Assembly (NCBI GenBank): GCA_040954595.2
Contig: CM082579.2
Location: 4,329,227 to 4,393,226, forward strand
Origin: Balanoglossus misakiensis
Lineage: Eukaryota; Animalia; Hemichordata
Direction: 5' to 3'
Length of the DNA stretch: 64,000 bases
Positions 48,001-63,288 of the stretch are shown piece after piece. Position 1 is the stretch's first letter; every line of letters begins with the position of its first letter. The notes below the pieces were generated by a model. That model made no database searches, was not told the DNA's origin, and worked only from the letters and a program-made list of their open reading frames with translations. A program made the translations under genes and the position numbers.

Positions 48001-51000
48001 ATGCCCAATCAGCCACCAGATAAGCCTTCAGGCAAGTAATACAATATACACTACGCACATGGTATTTCAAATCAATATTTGGCTCTCTCTTTTCATGCAC
48101 AAGCTGGCAAAACCAACCATCAGGCAATATTACACTTCGTTTTCTGCGGACCGTCATTCGTCTTTGCAAGTGGAGCCCGGGCACCATCTGGGCAGGATCA
48201 ATGTTAACAACTCCATGCTGGGCAAAGCTCATTTTGCAGCTTGTTAACAGTCACCTCTCCACACTACATGTACTGATCGAGGTTCTCTGTGTCAGTAGAT
48301 ACCAAAGCTCGGTGACGTGTGTGATCCATTCACAGAGTGTGGCTCAACACGGCTGTCGGCTGTCGGCAAGGTTTGCCCGTTCGCAAAAAAGGTATCATCT
48401 CTTTCAGTTTATTAACACACACTTAGTATTACATCTATCGGATTGATCTCTCCCGAGGTCATTATGCATGACTGATTTCTGAGTAAAAATAAATACCCTG
48501 AGGAATATCATCCACAACATGCATCCCATTCCTGAGAAACTTGGAAACTCATTTTTCTTTCTCCACTGACACTACACTGATTACTATCTTAAGACAATGT
48601 TTTCAGAGATTGAAAAGATAAAATGAATTTCAAGCTCTCGTTGGGAGTTCGGAAAACACAAAATACACCCCATCACTGTAATTTTCTTTCACAATGACAT
48701 ACAGACTCCTGCACTTTCAAGTATTCCTATTCCTTAATTTAATCTTCACCCCCACAGAAAAACAAATTAAATCTTATCGATCCATACTGTGTACACCGGC
48801 AAGACTAACTGAAGTTTTATTAAACATGGTCCGGTAACAAAAACATTTTCCGTGGCGACTTGCAAAACATGTCTATACACACTCCGGCTGATGGACAGTT
48901 AATACCCCCAACCCACAGAAAGACGTCATTTGATTCAAAGCAAATCCCAACAACTTCGCAATTCCCTGAATGTGTTCTGTTTCGATACCCACAGGCCCCA
49001 GGGGGTAGGCAAGATTTATGACTCTGCTATTACCAGTTTTTATTGGGTGTTAAAAGTTACAGCTCAGACTGATGACAGGCGCTGCCGGAAGGGAAAAAAT
49101 CCTATTACTTGTAATTCTCAATTTTTTTCTTCTGCTGACGTCCACATACGTGTTTCTTTGGTAATGTGATCACACAATTTTTTTTGCGAATGATGAACTG
49201 ACCAACATTCGCATAAATTGGAATTACGGGACTGAAAAGGTTTTTTAAAATTTGGGATATCCCCTGGGATGTTCCCAAGTGCACGTAAATGCATGGGAGA
49301 GTTTCATACAGTATCTATGTAAAGTACATTATAAAGCAAATATATCCAGGTCTTATTACAGGTTTTTACTGCACTGACACTGAATTGAAAGTGTTGGTTT
49401 TAGTGATCACAGACAAGAACTTCAACAGATACTGGCACCAACTCTCAAACATGGGTAGCATTGAGCTGTATTTTGAGAGATCATATGTAAACACATCAAC
49501 GGATCATATCAAAGTTAAACATGACACAACACAGGTTTGCATGACACCACTGACTTAACCTTTGAACTATTTTCTAAAAGATCTACCGTTTCGATCAAAC
49601 CTGCACGTTCCTGGTGTTGGGAGATAGACCCTATACACATGACAGGTTGTGAGGTTGCATTCATTTTTTTAAATACATCTGAGCAAGATTTATGGCTTGG
49701 AGCCAGATGAAAGTAAACTAGAAATTGAGTATGGTATATACGTTCATCAAAAGCTATACATTGCTTTATATAAATGCACACATATTCACTCACACTGATA
49801 ACTAGATACTTTGCATGTAAAATACTGTAGTTGAAAAAACTCCCAACTATTTAGCAAATTGAAGGGATGCAATTTGATGAAATCTGAACAAATCGTTCTG
49901 TTTATAAATGTATCTTCGTCAGATTTCCCAAATTCTTCTGAACTTTCCCCATCGAATGAACCAAACCTTACAGTCGGTTCACTTAATCTCATAATACAAG
50001 GACAATTTAGTACAAAGTTTAGAAAAACCACTTTCCTTTGATAGTTCCCTAATAGCTGCCTGGGGCCTGCGTGTTTTTCCAGATTTCGTGACATTGCGTT
50101 TTACGTCATTCATGGACGATTTGCTCAGTTTATTTCAGGATTTTGTCTCGATGCTTTGAATGAAACGAAATAAACTCCCAGTGGGACAAGCCGATTACAA
50201 ATGATTATAGGGCAGCTTCTGTCATCAATGTATCACTCTTAGTCTTACTATTTTTCGCATTTTGTGAAAATAGTGTATGAGAATAATCAGCATATAGTCC
50301 AAGACAAGGACAGTTTGAAGGCCATCATACTGTGGCAAACACGACAATGTGAGATGATCTTCACCAATTTGTCTTCATTTCATTTGACCTCGAGATTATA
50401 CCAGGGCAACATAACAGAGTACATGACTTGTATTTTATGCTGATGGGCAAAATTTCAATTTATTTGTTTTTCAATCGACCTTGTTCGTACTCTCATGGAA
50501 TTGTAATTACATTACTTGACACCAGCAATAAATCTGGGCCAAAATTCCATTTAGCGCAAAATTGAGAACAAATTTAATGTCACGCTACAAATTTTGCATA
50601 TCACAATTAATCCACACCCTTTGCCCATCATTTATCGTGTCTATTTTAGAACTTCTCTACTTCTCTACTAGATCATGTGTTAAATTTGAAAAGATTCCGC
50701 TAATGCTATGCAAAGTTAAAAAAAAGTTTGGGTCTAGGATTAAGGGTAAGTCAATTTGAGCTCATTTGAAATTGCCGGAGAATGACTCAGGATTAATAAG
50801 AAAAAAAATCTATTACCCAGAGACAAGCAGAGATTTTTAACTGCCGAGGGCAGTTCCCGTAAAAACAGTCGTACCTATATAAACCACTTTAACTGGGAAA
50901 ATTGAACATTCAATTGGGGCAGGGGCAGTATAAGGTCAAGTGGAATTGATACAAATCTGTCAATAAAAACAAACATTTATTCAATTGTGGCCACTTTCTC

Positions 51001-54000
51001 TCTTGGATCAGCTGTTCACACACCACAATGCGTCAATAACTTCTGCTCAATTGACTTGGTTATTTGAGAGAGCGAAAAATGATTTTATTACCCCCAGCTC
51101 ACCTGTGTATAATGGTGTTTAGAAATGCACTCGGAGGGAAGTGTATTTTTTTCTCTAATTCGGCAAGGAGTCCGGCCTACAAGGAGATTGAGATTTTGAT
51201 GTAATGCTGCATAGATACCAATTACATGCATCCAGACAGACAGAAGATGCCACAAAGTTTACTACTGGCAGTGTAAGGAGAGTTCATCTGTTGGCCCGAT
51301 ACACGTATATTATAACCATTTCCATCCTAAACGATACAATCTCCCTTGTACTTTGTTTTCTACGTGTGTTGCCTACGAACAAGCCACATCCCTGTGATAA
51401 ACCGTAAACGCTAAAATTTACTGTTTTGCTGCTAATGAAGAAAAGTGTCCGTGGCTCCTCAGATGGAAATGTGTTTAATTTCAAATGCCCTGGCTCTAAA
51501 GGTTGTTCAATTTTACGCCGCAATAATTCTCGGCAACAAGAACTTAATCACAGGAAGGTAAGCTGTCGGGCCGTAAAAATGAATAAAAGGGAAATAAAAT
51601 CTCTCAACGTGCTTTGGTTTTCAGGACAAAAACCCAAGTAGCAAATATAGCGCGTTGCAAAGTTGTTTAACTTTTTTTCTGATTGTTCCAAATTGTCAGC
51701 TGATTTCTTTTGAGGTAACAGTTATTCCACACTAGTGTTTCCATACACTTTCCCCCAAATTTTGAGCACACCATGAATGGGTGTATTTATTGTATTTGCT
51801 CAGTGCTGAGATCAAATGCTTGCACAGGTGTATTGCTTTAATTATTTACACAATGCGAGTACAAAAACACTCAAAACAGTCGGTGAAATTTTGACGAGAC
51901 AATCAAATGACAGGATACAGCTATGCAATCACAGTATATGAATTAAGGAAAAAATCATCTGTACTGATGACAATAATATTTAATTCAAACTGTATTTTCC
52001 TTTTAATAAAGAGAAAAAATAAACACTGCCAAATCTATTACAGTAAGTAGTTGCTATCTTAATAAATATTCAAGCAATCTCGTATTTTAAGAAAATTTCC
52101 GGCCACAATAATACATGCTTTTAGACTGTACTATGTTGATATAAAAGCCAATAAGAGGGTTATTAGTACACTTTGAGCTAATACTTCTATCACAGAGAAA
52201 TGAGAAGCCCAGACTATTACTGTTATTACGACTCTGGTTATTACAGCCCCATTTTCAGAAGTTAAATCGGTATATGGTGATTACAAGGGCCGCAACTGTG
52301 ATTGAAATGGCTTAGAATATGTATTTATCATGTATTAAAAGTCTAAATTGGGGTTACGTGTTAGCGTTGTGCATATACACTCGCCCATTATGTTCCATTA
52401 GTGCGGGACTTATCCAAGGGTGTTTGTAAGATTTAGACAGAAAAACCAAAATCTTGGGTTACTCATTGGAACATTCATCGACTTCATAAGTTACATGCAT
52501 GTCAACTTTAGTGATATTCACCACATTGGCACAGGGAGATAATTTTGACACTCGCGTAATGCAATATTGCCAGGATGGTATTATTTTCTTCTTCAAAAAC
52601 CTTCGAGAAATGCTTAACATTTTCCACGTCAAAAGCAATTCACCGAGTGATACAGAGTGACAATTTTAGAGGGCTGAAAATTGCCAGCAATTTGCGCTAT
52701 CACATTCATCTGCATACCAACATTTTCAGCGGGCCTTTAATGAGTGAGATATGATGGTATTATTTTTCTTCATATTATGACAGAAATGCTTTAGGCTTGG
52801 ATTAGCTTACAGGCTGTTTGCAATCATTTGCTTAGTCATTCACAGACAGTAAAAGCACTTGCGGTTTACAGTGAACTTTGCACATCTCCAAACTTCGAGA
52901 AAAGTACATGTACATCATCACAAGAAACTGAACTGTCCATACACACTAAAAAAGCGCCGAAAACCCACAGAATATAACATCACCGCTACCAAGATTACGG
53001 GTCTTAACATTTGATGGAATCTGCACAATAAAATTTATTTTCCCCGGCCGTAACACAATAATTCACAACTGTAATCGCATCGTAATGAAACGATAAAAGT
53101 AATACTTTAATGCCATCACATCCCACGTCAAAGGCAAACTAGCGACAGTAAGGTTTTTCTAGAGTATATCATCACCTTCATAAAAGACCAAAAAGACATA
53201 AAAAAGTTTATCCTAGCATTGCAGCTAATGCAGACCTTAGAATGGCTTCCTGAAGCTGTAAAAATCAGGACGTTATGACGTGTTGGGACTAAAGTTGATT
53301 TTTTTTTAAAGTTTTCGTTGTGCCGTGACTTTGAATTTTTTTCTCAAAACAAAGTGTACACCATAACATTCACCCATGCAAATTTATACCACAGCTCCAA
53401 CGGAAATCACAAATCCAACCAATGACAAGTCTTCACTAAGGGGGCTGCACTTCATGCCTTGTTAACCATATAAGGGCATATGTAAATTAGAGATGACTGC
53501 ATGTACATGTATATACCTATAGTACATGTATATTGTATGTGTGGCTCTCTCAAACCAAGCCTGTCTGACTGAATAAATAAATTCAAATGCCGCGGGCCTT
53601 CTTTTTATCTGATTCAGATGGTTTAGTCTGCGTTGGGTCCTTTCACATTTGTGCTGCATCTTAATTTTTGATCAGAGACTAAAATGTAACAAACACACGC
53701 ACAGAATAGTTCGGCTCGTCTGCTGCGGGGGGCTCTCCCATGAGTATTAAAAGTCTCACACAATCTAAGCGTCGGTAAGTTTTTGATGGGAAACTAAATA
53801 ATGGAGTTGGAATGTATCAGCTTCTGTGCATCAAGCAAATGACCCCAAAAGCGGGACTGATTCAAATCTGTTCCGGGATGGCTACATCTCGCGATATAGT
53901 ATTCACCGATGCCTGATTCACTTTCGGACAAAATCTGAAGACGCTGCACATCAGCGCAGGAAACCATTAATGCCGAGAAGATAAAAATTGACTTCCTCAT

Positions 54001-54611
54001 CATCCCCCCCATCCCTACCTCTCAGTTTTATTCAATTACAACTGGACAGGTCCTGAAGTACGCGCATATAATTGACGGAGTAGACAGAATGATGAGCTCG
54101 AGCCCTCTTCAACATCCAGGTCAGAAATTCCAAGGCAACCTCAGAGTGACAGTTTTTCCCAGGACGCCCGGGCCGACTAGCCGACCACCGCCATTTCAGG
54201 AGAATAGAAATTCATTAAGGCAGACACACTGCAGATCGAGAGCTGACTTTTTGGCCCTACTTGTTTCAATTTACATTTTGATGAATCGGGTGGAAAAAAA
54301 GGTGTGAAAAGTAATTTGGAGTCACACTTCCACTGAAAAGAAAGCAGTCATGGATAAACGCTGCTTGTTGAGTGTGTGTTTCTCGCGTGTGTTTTATCTC
54401 CAGGGAGTCATCCAAGCCGCGGGATACGATTCAGGAGTCGTACGTTGCAAACTTCTCGCTATTTACTGAAATGCGGTTTTCAGGCTCGTGAAAAGAATTG
54501 TGAATGGTTGGTTAGATTCAAGCCGGTTGGAAGTGACTACTAAAACCTAACATTATTAGAGAAGGAAAGTTTTACAGTTACTGTCAAACATGTGTGTTAA
54601 TGACCGCATCT

Positions 54612-54760
54612 ATATAGTGGAAACTTTTCTATATAAACGGCCAATTTGTTACAGTCCCTGTGCAATTTGCGTGTGCTTTAATGGACATTTCTATTCTATT
54701 AAAGACAACCTGTCTATAACGGCCACTTTCTGAAAGTCCCTTGACTGACCACTATAGAGT
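54612..54760. mobile_element. Degenerate MITE remnant, apparently of similar structure to the 29340 element
   Basis: TATAGTGGAAAC start; repeated CTAT..AACGGCCA..AGTCCCT modules; CTATTAAAGACAACCTGTCTATA resembles the 29340 element. Confidence 0.4.
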
Positions 54761-55149
54761 AATTATTTAAATACCAAGAAAGTCTGCGGTAATAGGTGCA
54801 GAAATGTTGCCAGTTGCATGGTTTCAGTTGTAGTCTCCCTCCAACAGTACAGGTACAATGTATGAACATCACTACGCAAACCACATCTGTGATGGCTTGA
54901 GATAATTGGATTTTAATGGACATTTCTATTCTATTAAAGACAACCTGTCTATAACGGCCACTTTCTGAAAGTCCCTTGACTGACCACTATAGAGTAATTA
55001 TTTAAATACCAAGAAAGTCTGCGGTAATAGGTGCAGAAATGTTGCCAGTTGCATGGTTTCAGTTGTAGTCTCCCTCCAACAGTACAGGTACAATGTATGA
55101 ACATCACTACGCAAACCACATCTGTGATGGCTTGAGATAATTGGATTTT
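54677..55149. repeat. Perfect tandem direct duplication, 235-bp unit x2
   Basis: 54677-54911 is repeated at 54912-55146; the ORF track shows identical peptides offset by 235; TTT microhomology at the junction. Confidence 0.97.
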
Positions 55150-58100
55150 GCTAGTGTGTAACGGTACCATATTTTTTTGGACCATCAAAATATCACGGCT
55201 TGGGCTACACAATGATAAATCAGTTGCACCAACTACATGTACCAACTAAGGTCGATCGTTTCATGATCATCAAAGCGCAAGAAATGGGATTTGGAAAACT
55301 CATCATCTATTGTCGCGTTTACGCTCAACGAGATCTGTCACACACTCATGACAGCAACGCCTGACGTTTTTACTTGAACTCTGGCATTTCTGATGAATCA
55401 TGCCCCTCCCCCTCCCACACGCAGATTTTCAGATGGTGAAAAATATAACGACGGCTTTACATGCTATTTAAGAACCCAGCGGGGGCTTTATTGATTACAT
55501 GGCACACACGTGAAAATGCCAACAGGGTTACATACAACTTGATACAAGCAAACAAGATGGTTTGTGAAGATATTGATTGTGATTTTCAGGGAGTTTTCTT
55601 CTTCTCTTTTTCTCCTCTCTTTTTTCCTCTGCGACGCATACTAGCTAATGAAGATAATCGGGGCAGGCAGGGTGAAAATATAGGCACTGAATTCAATCAA
55701 GTAATGCTGTTATTTCAGGCTCTCGACTTGTGATCTAACAATCAGGTGTGTGGCCACTCACGGAATAATGTTTGCGAAGCTGTAATTGCTTATTACACAA
55801 AGACCGGGCGTATTCGCACGTAACGTCCTGGAGAGCGCCAATGTGTTGCGAAGTATTCGACGTGTAGCGCAGATAGCACAGACTTATTTTTTCACAGATA
55901 CTAATGGGAACTGTCAGTGTTGCCAAGGCCGTGTAAGTACCATCACGGTTTTGTTCGATGAGTCTGACAGGCTCTAAAGCTGATGTCATTGCACCCATCG
56001 GTGTGCGAGCAAAATTCTCAATGCCTGTACACAGTGTCCGGAGAGTCATTATTTTGCACTTTCATTGCTGCAAAGTCCAGGACTGCAAAATAAGAATGAA
56101 ATGCCATGCCTTAACACTGCCGCATTAAAATGCAAAATATGCCGAAAGCCATCCATTTCCTTGAGATGGACTTGATGACTTGCACTGTCGTACCCAGCCA
56201 ATCTTTTCATTAATACTGCAGAATAGAGACATCGGCAAGCTGTGTATTTGTGCCACCCAGGGGACTCACAACATTTAAAATCTGGACAGTTACAAAGTGC
56301 CGTGTATTCAAAACGTGGAATGTCATTCATACAAATGAGGTGTTTAAACATCTTGAGCGAAAAAAGGCACACGGGCTCTTGCATTCAGCAAGCTTTAGTT
56401 CTTTCTCAGAGAAAGAAAAGCCTTTAATGACACGGGCAGACGTTTGGAACTGAAAATATTATTATTATATTAATCACATGGATTACCAAGAACTGAATTA
56501 TCATCATAAAATCATACAGGTTTACAATCTCACAGGTCACTAGCAATCATACTGCCACCTGTGTTTCTACAGATTTCACAATTCCAATTTAATACGTGAA
56601 TTTTATTGAAAGTGTGAAAGATTTCACTGCAGATAATTTCAGGCGAAGTGACAAAGAGCCAACAATATATCACTGTATTGTTGACAAAATCTAGCTTGAC
56701 CCTAACACAATAAAGTGGCGTCGTGACAGCTGGAACGATCAATGGAAATATTCGGGTTAACCCCGAAGGGCGAAAGTATTCACAAAAGACATTGTGATTC
56801 TCGAAGAGGGAAATTAACTCCTAAAAAATAATGAGAGGTTACACAGCGAGAGAATGCCCCACAGATGACATGTGGACTACTAGATGAGATGGACGTCTTT
56901 CCTTTCTTTATCTGATGGAGACATTTCAAGTTTCTGCCCTTCCGATGACTTGTTATCTTAAAACGCGCTCATTAGCCGGCTATCATGCACCTCTAAAAAG
57001 CAATGCTTGAATGGAATGGGCAAGTAGGGTGGTGTGTGTGTGCCTGGAAACGAAATGTGTACAGGTACATACACCCACAGATGTGAAAAGAACTGACTTC
57101 TGGCTATGATAGCGAGCGTGGGGGGTTAAACCACATGAAGGCGATCGAGGTATCAAATCCAAATCAATGATTTATGCCCATATGATTAACTCCCTCAGGG
57201 AGTATTTACAAGCATGTGTTCATCCCTGTGCGTCGATCTCTTCAGGGATTTATGAGGTTATAGGGATGATAACTTTTCCAAAGTTTAAAATGACATGAAA
57301 AGAAACAGTTACATGGCATTACGTCACTGAAGGATTACAGGGCTATGATGGTTAATTATGCTGAGCTTTCAGCTTTAGGCAGTTCTTGCATGACCATCAA
57401 ACTCAAGGCACAGTGACAGCTGTGATGTACTCATATGTTAAAAGTAACAGTCACATACCCACAAAGGCCTGCTAAGTTTTATTTTTCCTCGTCCAAGTCC
57501 AATGGTGACATCAGTCAGGCCAGTTTCAAAGACATCCGAAGATATACACAATGTGTATATATTCACAAAAGCCAGACCTGTTCAGCGATAACAGTCACAT
57601 TTCCAAGTAAAGTTGTAAGGGTGTCCAATTACTAAAGTTACTGCCATTGTTTTGTTAATGTTGAGACAGAAGATTAACAGCTACTGCAGACAACAGTGCT
57701 GCCACAGAGGCTGTCAATACTGTCTATCAGTAGTGACTGGGGGTTCAGAACATTTTTTTTTTTGCTTACATGTGACATGAGTAAAGAATTAAATCAATCA
57801 CAAGAACCTTGACGGAAAAAGTGTCCAGGTGGAATGGTCCCGGTGCCTGTTTCCAACACAATCATAACTCCAAGGCTAAAACCTCTTTCCATCAGAGCCA
57901 TCATTACACACACTCCCCGGAATGGCCCTTGGTGCATGGAATGATTACATTCCACGGCTTAATTTGAAAAAGTTCACCAAATTCCATGCATACGGAATCA
58001 GGTCCGGGGAAGAATAACTGTCAGTAAACTTTAACCATTCGGAACAGATCACCAGATTGAACATTAAGGTTAACGTTTGGAAAGTCTGATCTTGTAAATT

Positions 58101-61100
58101 TCATCCCCGGGATTGGCATCTTAATGTAAGTGTCAAATGGCGCTGGATGAGATCAAAGTAAATCATGGGATGGTAATGGTGCAGACATGATTCTCATGGT
58201 AATATTGTAAGGCAGCTGTTTTCTTTTTTGCTCGACCCTCTTTAAATATATCTGTGATGATTTCTGAGGATCAAAACAACAGATCGACTACATGCTGGCA
58301 AGTGCAACTACAAACAGCAATGATATTCTTTGTCATAATTTTAATGTAATTGCAACAATAATATCCCATACAGCAAAAAAAAGGTGTGCAAGAAACAGAG
58401 AACGCTTGCAGACATGGCCAGGAAGACACACAGCCACTGGAAAATTCACTTAGCACACGAGGCTGGGAGTTCTACACTCACGCCTTACGGGGACAGCTAG
58501 CGCTTGCTGCATACAGACAAACATACATATAATCATTCACTGATCCGAAAACAGCTGTTGAATCCCTTTAACACAATCAAGGCTTAAGAAGCGATTCACT
58601 TAGGGGTAACGACTGTTTAAATCTTTTAGCAGGGAGTCTACGCAGGAAATTGCGCTCCGCAGCGCTGTAAAATTGCCATCACTAGTAATTAATTTCGCTG
58701 TAAATATTGAACGGAGGCGGACGGAAAAAATTCCACTTCGACGTAATCGATCATTCGCTTTAGATCACCAAGCAATACCAAACACTGCATGACCCCCCCC
58801 CCCCCCACATCAACTTTTCAATCACGCAAATGTACTGCGCTACTTTTCCGCAGTGAACTTTGCAAGACCACAATTCATCATCAGGTACTTCTTTTTTTAA
58901 ATCTTTTTAGCGACACATTTGTTTTTTTGCACTCTTAAAACTTTTGTCGAACTATGGTCTGCTAAAAACTTTTCCTTTTCCACAACTTTTCTGCTTGTGT
59001 TACGAGTGACAACAAGGAGTCTGGACATAACATAAATAATCATGAGCAACACTTAGTAAAAATTTTCTAATGACAGAAATCTCAAGGCCTCCACTCCAGA
59101 AGGCTATTGGACTGACTAATATAGATTACATCGCTTCCATACTTGCACCGGATAATTACAAATACGGATTTGAACATTTTTCTTTCCCCCGACCCACTTT
59201 AGCTAATCACTGGGAAAAGGAACATTCCCCAAGTTCCACACGTCGTCGCCTTCCAGTCTGTTGGCCAAGCTTTTTTTTCCCCTTTTCACTGCAGATTAAC
59301 TAATCCTGATGTTCATAAAATCAAGCTCAGTGTATCAGACCTCTTCAGGCATAACAAAATCAAATTGATTGTGAACTTGAGCAGAGAAACTGTCACTTTG
59401 CGCTGTGAGGATAACATGTAACATGCGTCTAATACATCAAAGCTAGACTGTCAGTCTGACTTCAATGAAACATTGATCCGAAGTGCAGACTTAATTTACG
59501 ACAGCAACATCGTTTCTGCAAAATTGATTTTCCCAGTAGAGTACGGTGAACTTTCACTGAGTCCATGGCCAACTTTGGTCCAAAAGGTAAAAGGCATTTT
59601 TCAGAGAAAATTGTTAACATTATATACATTTTTATGAAGGAAACATAATTTGTTTACACTCATTCACTTCAATGGAGACAACAAATAGGTGAATGCCACA
59701 AGAATGAACAAACAACAGTGACCCATAACCACCTGTTTCGATTCACATTTTAGCGACTCGCGTAGTGGGAAACGGAATAATCATACGGCATGCAGGCAGC
59801 AAGATTGCTGTTATTCTTATGCAGAAAGATAGAGGATCCAACCGCGAATCAAATCATGCGATGCCAGGCAGGCTGAAAGGTCCACAGCGCTGATAGAGGT
59901 GTGAATTACTTTTAAATGCACCACTTAAAAGTGTGCACAGAACGATGACAGTCACACAGGAAGCCGCCTCGCATGTCAACACAGAAAAAAGGGTTTATGT
60001 CATTCTGTCCACATCGGCCTTCAATTGAAAACAACCACTGCTAATCCGCCAAAGAATAAAAGAACTCCGTGTTTCTAAAAAAAATCACATCAGCTCTGCA
60101 AACAGTTGACGGGATAATGAAACCAAGACACTCCATATTAATGTATTCTTCTGTCACAACAGATAATGACTACTGCATAAACTTTAACATTCAAAATATT
60201 TATCTCTAAATATTTGAAAGGGTGAAAGCACAACAGGAGAGTGGTTTTCTTTAAATTGCTTCGCAGATAATAGCAACTTCAACTCTTTCTGCCTTTCATG
60301 AGTGATGACACTTGTTTGTAAAGTTCATTTGGCTTTGGTGATGTTTGTAAAAATTTAATTAACCATGGTGTGTTGCAGTCTCCCCTGCAACTGGGACAGA
60401 GACACCTCTAAGCATGGAAAAGAATTTGGGAAGAGCGCCCCCTCACAGTCAGCTTTTGAGAGGAATTACATCAACCCATATATTCTATTTCATATCCAGT
60501 TATCAAAATTTGTAACATTTCAAAGTGTGGCAATTTCTAATGAAAAAGTTAACCTACCAGTATTAGATTGTCCTGGCAACAGAGATTAATCAAACATTGC
60601 CTTAAGGGTGGAATGCCCTTATTTTTGTGCGTCTGGTACGTGGCCCATTTGAAAGAACTGTCATGCTATTAAACTTTGGAATTATGAATTAGAAATAGGG
60701 AGATTTAACTAGGTTTAGAAAGTGAACATCAAATACAGTATTCAAGTTCATCCATGAAAGCAACTGGCATCTAACATTGTTCCCCCTAGCGCTGCGGTTA
60801 AACCATATTACATGTGTGTGTCCAAAAAAAAAATTACACTGGAAATGAAACATTGAGCGATATTGCATGTTATACTGATGCTATCTATACCCCACATCAC
60901 AGTCGTTGTTGATTTACTGGCAATTTCATCACACACAGAAAAACAAATGTTTGTTTTGCAATAAATTCTCCGATAGCAGCCAACGCAAATGTAGACAAAG
61001 TGATGCCCTTTAGTGGTACGAAGTTAATGAGAGACATAAACTCAAACAGGGCAGAAATGTTTTTAATATTTTCTGCAAACATTTCATCTATACAGAGAGG

Positions 61101-63170
61101 TAAAACACACCGCACTTCAAAACGCCCCAAACCAATCCCGGATTGCGGTGTTTGCAGAGTCGGGGAACTGCTGTGATGGTTCAGGTGCGATGTTCCCACA
61201 CGGTGAAACGTAAATACAGAATAAAAGGGATTGTGTGTACGCCCATGGATTAGCGTGCTTTCACAGAACACATCAGGCACTGATACGAACAGCAACATCC
61301 CAGCTCCTCGCGAGCAAACAAAGATTCCTCATTCTAAGCACCACACACTGAACACAGGACAGAAAATAACTTCAACCAATTTGCTTAATAATAAATTATC
61401 AAATAATAATGCTTTTCCTCCTGATATTATTGAAACTGGTTCTGATGCACACAGGCATCGTTACGCTCCCTGAATAATCCCCTTGAACTTGATATCGCTT
61501 ACGGAACTCGATAAGAAATGTAGATCAACGACGATTCAATTCCATCCCCCAGTGGGGATGTAAAAGCAGTGAAGCAACCCCAACAAATCAATAAAACATT
61601 CTTAAGCCTGCAGTCACTGCAGCCTCAGTGTTTTTTCTGTCTTCACGTTCTAGTACTACCTTAATTATCAGCTTTGCACAGGACTTCAAAGTCATTGCAC
61701 CGCGTTTTCTGAACGTGCAGACACACATGCCTAATCAGGTGAAACTGAGTCTTAATTGAACTATAAAAAGAAAAAATGTTCATCAAACTGAATTGTAAGT
61801 CGTATTCAGTGAGTGTTGTGAATGTGTGTGTCTTCTCCTTTGAGGTCATTGGGCGCTCCGACAAAAAGTTACCTTTGACTAATAGCTACAGAGTTTTGTT
61901 AACATAAGTATGAAGATAGATGAACTCGCATCATATGTCAAATTGTCCTTTCTCCTCCTTCATTCACTGAAAGTCTCATCCGAAGAAGAAACAATAGGCG
62001 TATCTTGCCATCTATGCCGATAGACATACATGTTGCATTGACCCTGTGATAACTGACCCCCATGTTGGCAGAAATCTCCTGGGCGATTCGGTAGAAATTC
62101 TCATACAGTCATGTCAAGTTCTAAAGATACGCAGCGGAATTGCTGGATGTACATCCCTTGATAACTGAACTCTGCAGTTCTCCTTGGATTAATATGCTAA
62201 AGGTGTTGAATCATTAATTTTTCATGAAGAAAATTAAAAAAATCTTCCAAATGAAATTCCTATGCTTTCATGTATACGCTACCCCCAGGTCACTCTAGAC
62301 CAGTCATAATTCTCTTTCAAAAATAAAAAATGAAAACCACAAGCCATGATGAAATTTTTATGGAAGATTTCGAGAGATTTATTTGAAAGCAAGATGTTGA
62401 ATACAAGCATGTGAAGTCCCCATTTCAGAATCACTTCACGGGTGTTAATGCAAAGCATGGAATACAGGAATTTAAATTTTTATCTACAAATCCATGCTTG
62501 AGGTAGACCCCAGAGTTACATGTACATGTTTGTGTATAAACACAAGCAGGGCTACATATCATATCACAAATCTGATATCAAAAGAAACCTGTTACGGCTG
62601 AAGTATAAGCCAAGCAGTTTAAATCCCAAAGAAGCCGCGTATACACACACCCACTATTTGAAATCATTGCATTTGTCACCAGAGGGTGTCCAAAGTCTAA
62701 TGCATGAACAGTGTACCTAATTCCTCACAAAGCTCTCAAGATATGCAATATAGCAGTGGTTTTACTTCTACGTAGCCAAGTGTCGACAGCACACTTTACA
62801 ACCCACCAAAAATTCCTGATTTCAAGACCTGTTTGGCATTGAAACGACCCCGAGCATCGTACAGAGTACATTGCTTAACCAATCCCACTCTAATTGGTTG
62901 GAGTGAGTTGTGGGATGGAGTCAGAAATGAATGCACCCTGCGGGGGTTCAAGGTATTTTTTCAATTGCATCATCGACTGAAGTTACAGTACGACTGGTCC
63001 TGAATAGGGGGCTGTTGGTCTGGCTTATTTGTCTTAATGCGCGAGGAATTAATTCCAATGTTCCCCATAGGGCACTGACATCCATTTCCTCCTTGGAGAC
63101 AGAGAGTCAGAGAGATCGAGACAGAGATCGAGAGAGAATGAATCTACGCATATACACAAATGGAGATCAG

Positions 63171-63210
<40 letters not shown>

Positions 63211-63221
63211 CCTTGAAAAAC

Positions 63222-63256
<35 letters not shown>

Positions 63257-63288
63257 AATGGTGATGATGATGATGATCCTTGAAAAAC
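63171..63288. repeat. (GAT)n microsatellite duplicated together with its CCTTGAAAAAC flank
   Basis: Two GAT tracts, each followed by CCTTGAAAAAC (ending at 63221 and 63288). Confidence 0.92.

Noticed and set aside
54677-55149. Direct repeats as a CRISPR-like array or duplicated gene
   Set aside because: Only two adjacent 235-bp copies, no spacers, eukaryotic context, and the peptide is not protein-like
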